A stretch of 43,121 nt of DNA from a virus. Below are positions 34,825 to 41,921 of this stretch, piece by piece (the first letter of the stretch is position 1; each line of letters opens with the position of its first letter). The DNA is taken from the IMG/VR virus record IMGVR_UViG_3300045988_024784, positions 1 to 43,121 of that record; one strand, 5' to 3'. The notes beneath the pieces were generated by a model, which saw only the letters and a program-made list of their open reading frames with translations, had not been told where the DNA came from and made no database searches. The position numbers were made by a program, and so were the translations under genes.

Positions 34825-36357
34825 TTATTTGTTAGCTTCAGACATTAATTTGTTTACGAGTGCTTCAAGTTTAGAAATACGGCTTTGTGCATCTTTAGCT
34901 TCAGCGATGTAGTCACTGCCTTTACCGGTTTTGAATGCTACGTTTACGGTGTATTGGTTCTCACCACCTAACGTAGCACCAAAGCCAAGCATGATACGTT
35001 CATTAGGTCTAGCGAATACGCCGAGCGCTACTGCATTACTGTTACGGTAATGGCCGTAACTTACAGCGTAGCTGACCTTATCATTTCTGTTAAAGTCTAA
35101 TGGATGCAAGCCTGCAAGTGCTGCGGAGCCTGCCCCTAACTTGTTAACACGTTGGCCAAGATTGTTGACTTTGTTGTTAATGTCATTAGCCATGCTGGTA
35201 GAACGATGCTCCAAATCAGTAATGCGCCCTTCGTGGTTATCCGCTACCTTTTCAAGTACACGGATATCAGCTGTATTAGCAGTTACCTTTTGGCCAATGG
35301 AATTAATAGCAGATGTATTACCATTGATGCGGTTAGTGTTGTTGGCGATTGCAGTAGTATTGCCAGCGATAGCTTGTTCATGATCATTCACCACGTCGCC
35401 TAACATGTTCAAACCGATTGCCACATCTTTAATGTTTTGCTTGTTTTTGTTAATTTGTTTAGCGTTAGTTTCGATTTCATCAATCGCAGCGAACAGTTGG
35501 GAGCCGTTCACAGCGTCTAATGAATCAGCGGAGATTTGACCAGCGCTAACATTCGTGAGTTGGCGGTTGTACTGAGTTACTCCACCTGCACCTGCACGGG
35601 CTTTAGAACCAAAACTTACTACGCTTGCCGGTTGTTCACCAGCAAATACGTGCTTAGTGCCATTGATTGTGATGCCGTCAACACCAACGGCGCTATCTGT
35701 AACGCTGTTAGTACCGATTGCGACAGAATTTGCTTTATCAGCAATCGTGTTGTTACCAAATGCAACGGCGTCAGTGGCTAAGGATTTGGCATGAGTGCCG
35801 AATACGAGAGAGCCTTGGCCATTAGATTCAGAATTAGAACCGAACACTAGTTGCTCTTTGTCAGCCCCGATTTTATTGTTGTATCCTACAATGGCACTTT
35901 GGCCACCCGCCACAGTACCATTGTTAGCGCCGACAACCACAGTATCAGCGCTTGTAACATTATTAGTTCTGCCTAATACTACAGAAGATTCACCGGATAC
36001 GAAAGCACCGTTGCCGATAGCCACACTGTCGTAGCTAGACACACGAGCTTGATTACCGATTGCCACGGTGTATTCCACCAAGCTCTCAGCGTGAGAACCA
36101 AAGGCGAAGGAGTTACGACCTGCTGCAGTAGCATTATTGCCACCGGCGAAACCATTCTCACCGGTTACAGTATTGTTAGTACCGAACGCTAACGCATTAT
36201 TAGCGTCGATGTTGTTTTGGAAACCCCATACTGCAGAGCTTGTAGAAGTTGCGGAGATAGTATTATCTGTACCGCCTACTGTGTTATTACTAGTTGCGCC
36301 AACTACGTTTACTGCTAACGCGGAAATTGCAAGTGCTGTTGTTAATGTTTTATTCAT
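34825..36357 (-). CDS. Trimeric autotransporter adhesin (YadA-like head repeats, neck, coiled-coil stalk, beta-barrel anchor, short C-terminal coiled-coil extension)
   Basis: Signal peptide is MNKTLTTALAISALAVNVVGA. Head repeats follow the pattern A.G..N.V.G. The neck motif is RQLTNVSAGQISADSLDAVNGSQL. The anchor reads GAGSAALAGLHPLDF...YAVSYGHYRNSNAVALGVFARPNERIMLGFGATL...NVAFK. Confidence 0.9.
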   Translation of the reverse strand: MNKTLTTALAISALAVNVVGATSNNTVGGTDNTISATSTSSAVWGFQNNIDANNALAFGTNNTVTGENGFAGGNNATAAGRNSFAFGSHAESLVEYTVAIGNQARVSSYDSVAIGNGAFVSGESSVVLGRTNNVTSADTVVVGANNGTVAGGQSAIVGYNNKIGADKEQLVFGSNSESNGQGSLVFGTHAKSLATDAVAFGNNTIADKANSVAIGTNSVTDSAVGVDGITINGTKHVFAGEQPASVVSFGSKARAGAGGVTQYNRQLTNVSAGQISADSLDAVNGSQLFAAIDEIETNAKQINKNKQNIKDVAIGLNMLGDVVNDHEQAIAGNTTAIANNTNRINGNTSAINSIGQKVTANTADIRVLEKVADNHEGRITDLEHRSTSMANDINNKVNNLGQRVNKLGAGSAALAGLHPLDFNRNDKVSYAVSYGHYRNSNAVALGVFARPNERIMLGFGATLGGENQYTVNVAFKTGKGSDYIAEAKDAQSRISKLEALVNKLMSEANK

Positions 36358-36360
36358 CTC

Positions 36361-37503
36361 TTATACCTCATCTTCAAATTCATTCATCATTGTTTCAACT
36401 GTATTAATTGCTGGGCGTTTATCGCTTTCCGGTACAAGCGTAGGCTTGCCCTCCGGCTTTTCGATATATGCCTCTAAGTATTCGGCAACGCCCTTTTTAC
36501 CGAGTACCTTTTGTAGGTTAGTGATACCTTCGAGTTCTCGAGGCTTGAAGATGTCCTCTTCCTTGTAGCCGTTATCGAGCAATGTTTTAGCCGCAGCTTC
36601 CTGATCCGTTATGGTACGTCTTGATGTACCCTCGACTAATTTATATCCAGGCCATTGCTTTTCACCCGATAAGGCTTTTTCATAAGCGAAATCGTAAACA
36701 CCTTTAATCCACTTTGTGATTAAATCTTTCATCGCTAGGATGTCAGATACTTCACGGTCAGTGAGTAATTGATTGAGCTTACCGCCATTCTTATAGAATG
36801 TATCAAGGCAAGTATCTGCTAATGCTCGGCAGGTGTGCCGTGCTTTACAGAAGTTACAGTAATCGCAAGGTGTACATTCGCCGATACCGTCCCAGGCACG
36901 TTGTGCGATTGGTTTGATATCTTCTCCCCAATCAAGAAGTTCTTCAAGTGACATTTCATCGGTAGACACACTATCAAGTCTTGGCTGAACGATCGTCATA
37001 CGTACCGTTTTAATGTCATATAGGAACTCGTTCACGTCGTAAGCACCTAATGCGTAGAGCCGCATTTGTGTGTTTTCAACGGCACTAACAGGAACGCCTT
37101 TACCATACTTCAGGTCAATCACTTCCAGGATGCCATCGGCTACGATTACCATATCGCCGGTACCAAATCCCTCTGGTACCCATCTAGAGAAGTCGAGCCG
37201 TGCTTCAATCATGGCTTCCGCATCAGAGGAACGAGCACGTGCTTCGTTTACCTTTTCTTCGCAGATGTCCACATACCGATTAACCGCTTCTATCATTTCA
37301 GCAGAGTAGTCGTCTAGCTTAGGAGCTTTTTTGCCTTCAAGCTTATGACGAAGAATTACTTCTGCCAGGTCATGTGCTACAGTACCTTCCGCAGCATAAG
37401 GTGATTGTTCATCAGGGAACATCGCTTCTAGTCTTGCTGAAGGAGTGCATACTAACCACCTGGCACTACTCGACGCACCTAGTAAGGCGTGTTTCTTAGC
37501 CAC
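36361..37503 (-). CDS. DUF2800-like PD-(D/E)XK nuclease with a Cas4-type Cys cluster
   Basis: GTGDMVIVADGILEVIDLKYGKG is a D..ExK-type core. The Cys cluster is C..C..C.....C (CTPCDYCNFCKARHTC). Confidence 0.8.
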   Translation of the reverse strand: MAKKHALLGASSSARWLVCTPSARLEAMFPDEQSPYAAEGTVAHDLAEVILRHKLEGKKAPKLDDYSAEMIEAVNRYVDICEEKVNEARARSSDAEAMIEARLDFSRWVPEGFGTGDMVIVADGILEVIDLKYGKGVPVSAVENTQMRLYALGAYDVNEFLYDIKTVRMTIVQPRLDSVSTDEMSLEELLDWGEDIKPIAQRAWDGIGECTPCDYCNFCKARHTCRALADTCLDTFYKNGGKLNQLLTDREVSDILAMKDLITKWIKGVYDFAYEKALSGEKQWPGYKLVEGTSRRTITDQEAAAKTLLDNGYKEEDIFKPRELEGITNLQKVLGKKGVAEYLEAYIEKPEGKPTLVPESDKRPAINTVETMMNEFEDEV

Positions 37504-38065
37504 GGCTATTCACCCATTCCATAATTTGAATACGTTGTTCATCGGTAGCAGATGTTACCTTTTCAGCACCGATGCTATCTAAGAAGGCTTTAAATTCGCC
37601 TTTAGCTTTCGTTTTATCAGTAGCTTTTGCCATTACGTCTTTTACTGCTTCACGAGTTGCTTCAAGACTAGGAACCTCTACTTTAGGTTCTTCAGGTTCC
37701 ACTGTAGGCGCTGGTTCTTCTTTAACAGGTTCAGGAGCTTCTACTTTTGGAGATTCCTTCTTAGCTGGCTTAACGTCATTAGTTGTCCAGTTCGCTGGTT
37801 CAACTTCTTTAACAGGTGCACCTACAATAGATTGATATAGGTCTTTCACTTCTTGTTCTAATTCAACTGCTTTATCAACTGTGATTTTTAACTCGATCAT
37901 TGTTCTATTCCCTTTCGGCTTAATGATGTGATATACTTTAAATGGATATTTTTCTATGCGCCCTTTAGCATTGCCGTGCTTTGGGGTGCTTTTTTTTGTG
38001 CCTAATTGCTCGCACTCATCAGGAATGCAGTAATCTCTATTAGGGCACGTTGTACAGTCTCGCAA
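37496..38065 (-). CDS. Hypothetical early protein (Cys-rich N-terminus, Pro/Glu/Lys-rich middle). The start is probably TTG at 38065.
   Basis: The GTG at 38074 directly abuts AAGGAGG, whereas the TTG at 38065 lies 8 nt after it. Confidence 0.55.
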   Translation of the reverse strand: MRDCTTCPNRDYCIPDECEQLGTKKSTPKHGNAKGRIEKYPFKVYHIIKPKGNRTMIELKITVDKAVELEQEVKDLYQSIVGAPVKEVEPANWTTNDVKPAKKESPKVEAPEPVKEEPAPTVEPEEPKVEVPSLEATREAVKDVMAKATDKTKAKGEFKAFLDSIGAEKVTSATDEQRIQIMEWVNSRG

Positions 38066-38078
38066 TTTAACCACCTCC

Positions 38079-38408
38079 TTATACGCATTTAAGAATCATG
38101 CGAATCTCTTGCCCTACCAGAAGTCTGTCCTTGAACGTATCTTGCGTTCTAAAGTCCTCCATGTAGACCTCAAGCATTTCGCGATATATTTGAGCCTTAA
38201 ACGTTTCAGAAGTATCTAGTACCTCCCTATATGGTTTAAGGATTTTAACTGGTGAACCAAAGGTGTAATCGATAAATCCGCGTATCTTCAATTTTGCTTT
38301 GATGTTACGAACCTTATCATTCGACCACCCTAGTAATGCCATTACTTCTTCATTTGTTTGTACTCCGCTATCGTTATAAGCGTTGTACAGAATTTCTTGT
38401 TCTGTCAT
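38079..38408 (-). CDS. Hypothetical early protein
   Basis: ORF in the early operon. I recognise no motif. Confidence 0.55.
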   Translation of the reverse strand: MTEQEILYNAYNDSGVQTNEEVMALLGWSNDKVRNIKAKLKIRGFIDYTFGSPVKILKPYREVLDTSETFKAQIYREMLEVYMEDFRTQDTFKDRLLVGQEIRMILKCV

Positions 38409-38547
38409 ATCTGTTTCCTCTGTTTACGGTCTGATGTATTTCTTTGCAGTTATCGCATACGATACGAGGCTTGCCGGTTAAGTACGACCAATTTGTGTAA
38501 GGACTTTTAATCCTTTTATTACAGAAGGAGCATCGTTTATCGTTCAT
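38374..38547 (-). CDS. Small zinc-ribbon protein (57 aa; CSFC...CDNC), below the ORF-track cutoff
   Basis: My own translation is MNDKRCSFCNKRIKSPYTNWSYLTGKPRIVCDNCKEIHQTVNRGNRYDRTRNSVQRL. GAGGAG lies 10 nt upstream. Confidence 0.4.
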   Translation of the reverse strand: MNDKRCSFCNKRIKSPYTNWSYLTGKPRIVCDNCKEIHQTVNRGNRYDRTRNSVQRL

Positions 38548-38716
38548 ACTCTTTTAACTCCTCAATCCAGTAACCAGTGAGTAGCCAAAGAGTGATACCT
38601 AGTAACCCCTGGCACATGCCAGTCCACAAATCGATACGGTCTATTTCGATAGAACCGACAGTTCCTACTACTAATATGGCTGCAATAATGCGAAGCACAT
38701 AAACTACTTTCATCAT
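38537..38716 (-). CDS. Small membrane protein (two TM segments). The start is moved to ATG 38716.
   Basis: Reads MMKVVYVLRIIAAILVVGTVG...LLGITLWLLTGYWI. The upstream part of the ORF overlaps the Xis-like gene. Confidence 0.5.
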   Translation of the reverse strand: MMKVVYVLRIIAAILVVGTVGSIEIDRIDLWTGMCQGLLGITLWLLTGYWIEELKEYER

Positions 38717-38718
38717 GT

Positions 38719-38913
38719 CTACTCTCCTATTCGTGCCTGGCAACGTTTCGCTAGCCAAGCATTAAACGAATCAACGTGGATAAGGCGTTTGCCTCCACGC
38801 TTACCGATTTTCATGGACGGGAAGTCAAAATCTTGCGCCCATTCTCGGATAACGGCTTGCGGTACGCTAGCAAGTTCTGCAGCTTCCGCTACTGTGATAC
38901 ACATCTTATTCAT
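38719..38913 (-). CDS. Excisionase-family / MerR-like HTH DNA-binding protein
   Basis: ITVAEAAELASVPQAVIREWAQ...FPSMKIGKR is typical of Xis-type HTH proteins. AGGAGG lies 5 nt upstream. Confidence 0.65.
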   Translation of the reverse strand: MNKMCITVAEAAELASVPQAVIREWAQDFDFPSMKIGKRGGKRLIHVDSFNAWLAKRCQARIGE

Positions 38914-38925
38914 AATGTCCTCCTA

Positions 38926-39045
38926 GCAACCACATGCCAATCGGAACATCCATACTAAGATGAATATGCTTATGCTTGAAGATATGCCTATTGCTAAAAC
39001 CCATAAGCATAGCGAACATAATTCATAAAGTGACTCCTTATTCAT
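38926..39045 (-). CDS. Small hydrophobic peptide (39 aa), below the ORF-track cutoff
   Basis: My own translation is MNKESLYELCSLCLWVLAIGISSSISIFILVWMFRLACGC. AGGAGG lies 5 nt upstream, and its stop sits inside the RBS of the next gene. Confidence 0.45.
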
Positions 39046-39047
39046 AG

Positions 39048-39296
39048 CTACCTCCTATCTAATTTAGGGTTGTAGTAATCGGTTTCCCAAAAGTCGTGAC
39101 TTTCGTTATCATCGACACACAACGCATAGCAGATACCAACGACTGTCGACATTTGTACTGACCTTCCTTTAATAGCTCGGTTTAATGTATCCATCGAGAT
39201 TTCAGCCTGTTTGATCAGCGCCGTCTTAGTCATGCCTAACTCGTTCATGCGTTCCGTAATGGATTCGCCGAACATTCTGATTACGAATTCTTTCAT
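39048..39296 (-). CDS. HTH (XRE-like) early regulator
   Basis: The HTH is LGMTKTALIKQAEISMDTLNRAIKG. It is the second gene of the rightward-facing early operon. Confidence 0.65.
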   Translation of the reverse strand: MKEFVIRMFGESITERMNELGMTKTALIKQAEISMDTLNRAIKGRSVQMSTVVGICYALCVDDNESHDFWETDYYNPKLDRR

Positions 39297-39330
39297 AACC
39301 TATCCTCCGTAACGGTTTAACCGTAATCAA

Positions 39331-39519
39331 CTATAAAAAAATAATGTCGTCATACGTTACACCAAATACTTCTTGTATCTTTTTTATGTGAGGAACATCA
39401 GGGTAAGAGCGTTTGCGCTCCCAATTACCCCAAGTATCAACAGACACTCCAATCGCTTTAGATGCCGTAAGTTGAGACCAGTTTTTTGAAGCCCTTAACA
39501 TCTTTAATGTATACTTCAT
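39331..39519 (-). CDS. Cro-like XRE-family HTH regulator
   Basis: The HTH is WSQLTASKAIGVSVDTWGNWERKRSYP. It is divergent from the repressor gene. Confidence 0.8.
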   Translation of the reverse strand: MKYTLKMLRASKNWSQLTASKAIGVSVDTWGNWERKRSYPDVPHIKKIQEVFGVTYDDIIFL

Positions 39520-39702
39520 AAGCTACCTCCTTTCTCGATACTCACATCTTGTTTACAGTCATCATTCTACTACGGTTTATCCGTAATGTCCATAAACTAA
39601 ACTTAAACTATCGTAAAATTTCCGTAAAATATTGATTTTATTACGAAAATGTCGTAATATATAGGTATATTAATTAATATATTCCATATTTGAGAGGTTC
39701 TT
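39520..39702. promoter_or_regulatory. Genetic-switch intergenic region with operator repeats and divergent promoters
   Basis: ACGGTTTATCCGTAAT lies at 39572-39587, CGTAAAAT at 39612-39619 and 39623-39630, and the palindrome TTACGAAAATGTCGTAA at 39641-39657. A plus-strand promoter TTGATT(39632-39637)-N17-TAATAT(39655-39660) is present. Confidence 0.6.
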
Positions 39703-40080
39703 ATGAGTGATTTAGGCAACAAGGCTATTATGGCCGAGAATATTCAACGACTAATGGATAGTCGCGGAATTGATCGCAATAAAATATGTGCTGATTTAGG
39801 GATAAAGTATACTACGTTTACCGATTGGGTAAAGGGAAATACATATCCTAGAATCGATAAAATTGAACTATTGGCAAACTATTTTGGCGTTCCTAAATCT
39901 GAACTAGTAGAGAAATATACAGACGGCTATTACACCGACCGTGAAGCAGCCGAATTTGCTGAATACCTACGCACACGCCCAGGTGCACGTATGTTATTTT
40001 CTGCTGCAAAAGACATCAGTAAGGAGGACTTAGAAAAAGCAGTCGAATATATAGAGCTTTTGAAACTAAAAAACAAATAA
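39703..40080 (+). CDS. cI-like XRE-family repressor
   Basis: The N-terminal HTH is ICADLGIKYTTFTDWVKGNTYP. It is followed by an ImmA-like protease gene, an ImmR/ImmA-type arrangement. Confidence 0.85.
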   Translation: MSDLGNKAIMAENIQRLMDSRGIDRNKICADLGIKYTTFTDWVKGNTYPRIDKIELLANYFGVPKSELVEKYTDGYYTDREAAEFAEYLRTRPGARMLFSAAKDISKEDLEKAVEYIELLKLKNK

Positions 40081-40101
40081 TACACAAGGGAGAGTGTTAT
40101 A

Positions 40102-40377
40102 TTGGTCATAAATTTGATTTACTGTGACTTACCACATGCCAATGCGGTGTCAGAGGAATGTGAAGATGTAGATACTCATAACATCTACATAAACAAAAAC
40201 CTCCCTCATGATCGCATGAGGGAAGAAATTAAGCACGAATTAATGCATATTATTAATGACGACTTTTATTTAGACCATCACGTTAATCTAGTAGAGCAAA
40301 TGGTCCGTCGAACATGTATTGATGATACCGAACTGGAGAATATAGATTTCTACCACCATTATGTATCAGTATTATAA
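40102..40377 (+). CDS. ImmA/IrrE-like zinc metalloprotease (short, TTG start)
   Basis: The HEXXH motif is KHELMHI. AAGGGAGAG lies upstream of the TTG. Confidence 0.7.
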   Translation: MVINLIYCDLPHANAVSEECEDVDTHNIYINKNLPHDRMREEIKHELMHIINDDFYLDHHVNLVEQMVRRTCIDDTELENIDFYHHYVSVL

Positions 40378-40404
40378 GGGATTATATAAAAGGGAGATTT
40401 TAAA

Positions 40405-40974
40405 ATGAAAAAATTGTTAGTATTAGCAGCACTAGTTACCACAATGAGTGTTTCCGTTGCATCCGCAAAAGAGTTTAACGGAGACCGCTGGCAGTGGTTC
40501 TATTCCAATTCTAACTACACAGGGAAAGTCGATTTGAATACATTGTCATACGACCCATCTACCGATACTGCCAAAGCCTGGGCTGTATGGATACGAACTA
40601 CAGGAATTCAAGATTTAATTTCGTATAAGATTCATTTTTCAAATAATTCATTAGATGTATTCGATAGGAATACTTATATAAATGGATCCGATGAAATAAA
40701 GAGGAATCAAAATTTCAATGGCCAAAATCATGTTGCTGCACCGGGCATGGGTGATGAAGCGCTTATCGCTTCTGTAAAAGGACTAGTAGGTCGTGACACT
40801 AAATTAGCAGACTACAAAAAGCAACAAGCTGCAGAGGCGCAAGCACGTGCGGAAGAAAAAGCACAACTTGAAAAGGCACAACAGGAAGCTAGAATTGCAC
40901 AACAAAAAGAAGCAGAACGAAAAGCTAAACATGAACGTAATCGTAGCATCATTAGAGGGATATTTGGGATATAA
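40405..40974 (+). CDS. Secreted/periplasmic protein with a Gln/Ala/Glu/Lys-rich helical tail
   Basis: The signal peptide is MKKLLVLAALVTTMSVSVASA, with cleavage predicted before KE. GGGAG lies upstream. It is on the lysogeny strand. Confidence 0.75.
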   Translation: MKKLLVLAALVTTMSVSVASAKEFNGDRWQWFYSNSNYTGKVDLNTLSYDPSTDTAKAWAVWIRTTGIQDLISYKIHFSNNSLDVFDRNTYINGSDEIKRNQNFNGQNHVAAPGMGDEALIASVKGLVGRDTKLADYKKQQAAEAQARAEEKAQLEKAQQEARIAQQKEAERKAKHERNRSIIRGIFGI

Positions 40975-40998
40975 AACGCATAGCAAAGGAGGATCTAA

Positions 40999-41742
40999 AT
41001 GGATTTAAAAAAGCCAGAAAACAAAGGTGCTTTAACATCTAAAATAGCTGAACTTGCAAATAGCATAAGTACGTTTTTAAAAAATATACTGGATTCAGAC
41101 CAACACAAGGCGGCCCTGCTCTATTATTGGCTGCGTAATTATTTAAGATATATAAAACAAGAAGATACTTTTGACCCGAAGTATTTTCCGCAATTTAGAC
41201 CTGGTGACATAGTTAAAGTAGACTTCGGATTTGGGATAGGTTCTGAATTTGGTGGTCTGCATTATGCTATAGTACTGGCACCAAGTAATACTAAAAGCAG
41301 CACAGTCACTGTCGTCCCTCTAAGGTCTTTAAAGCCTAATAAAGAGAGCCCTAGTACCTTATATAAATCAGATGTTTATTTGGGGACAGAATTATTTACA
41401 GTCCTTCTGAATGAGTCCGGAAAGATGTTGGACAAATGTAGTGACTTTATAAAGGAAGTCGAAAGTACTGATCCAAAAACGATAACAGATAATGATATTA
41501 AACGTTTTGAAAAACAGCTAAAGGAAGCTAAAGGCCTAATTGCTAAGCACAATATAATTATGGAAGAGGTGTCGCGGTTAAACGCAGGCACGGTTGCTAT
41601 CGTCTCACAAATCAGGACTGTAAGCAAAATACGCATACAAAACCCTAGATATCCTAAAGATGCGCTTTATAATATGCGAGTAGATAGGCAGGCTACTGAT
41701 AAAATTCGAGCAGTTATGAAAGACTTATACAATATAAAGTAA
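40999..41742 (+). CDS. Atypical MazF/PemK-fold protein (N-terminal extension and internal helical insertion)
   Basis: RPGDIVKVDFGFGIGSEFGGLHYAIVLAPS...VTVVPL and VAIVSQIRTVSKIRI...DKIRAVMKDL match the two conserved halves of MazF/PemK toxins. About 70 residues separate the two halves. Confidence 0.65.
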   Translation: MDLKKPENKGALTSKIAELANSISTFLKNILDSDQHKAALLYYWLRNYLRYIKQEDTFDPKYFPQFRPGDIVKVDFGFGIGSEFGGLHYAIVLAPSNTKSSTVTVVPLRSLKPNKESPSTLYKSDVYLGTELFTVLLNESGKMLDKCSDFIKEVESTDPKTITDNDIKRFEKQLKEAKGLIAKHNIIMEEVSRLNAGTVAIVSQIRTVSKIRIQNPRYPKDALYNMRVDRQATDKIRAVMKDLYNIK

Positions 41743-41766
41743 AATTGTAATAAAGCCCAAAAATTG

Positions 41767-41795
41767 TTGATTTTTTTTAACATCTATTCTATAAT
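41767..41795 (+). promoter_or_regulatory. Sigma-70-type promoter TTGATT-N17-TATAAT
   Basis: The -35 is at 41767-41772 and the -10 at 41790-41795, with 17-nt spacing. Confidence 0.6.
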
Positions 41796-41856
41796 GTAAG
41801 AACAAAGGGGTTTAGCCCCAAACTAAAATCATTATAAGCGGTTTAGCCGCAACTAA

Positions 41857-41900
41857 AGATGAGGTCTTGTTCTTATGGAACAGGACCTCATCTTTTTTTG
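41857..41900 (+). terminator. Strong rho-independent terminator just upstream of the integrase start
   Basis: AGATGAGGTCTTGTTC pairs with GAACAGGACCTCATCT (about 16 bp including one G-U) around a 5-nt loop, followed by TTTTTTT. Confidence 0.8.
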
Positions 41901-41921
41901 TTTATTATAAGGATTGAAGAT

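Noticed and set aside
38719-38913. Possibility that the MerR-like HTH protein is a transcription factor and not an excisionase
   Set aside because: This is not fully rejected. I kept the Xis-like call at moderate confidence because of its size, basic C-terminus and early-operon position, but sequence alone cannot separate the two roles.
41859-41921. ORF-track N-terminal extension of the integrase (MRSCSYGTGPHLFLFIIRIED)
   Set aside because: This ATG and the first ~14 codons lie inside the 16-bp terminator stem and T-run. The conserved integrase N-terminus begins at MAKKRTDGRY (ATG 41922).
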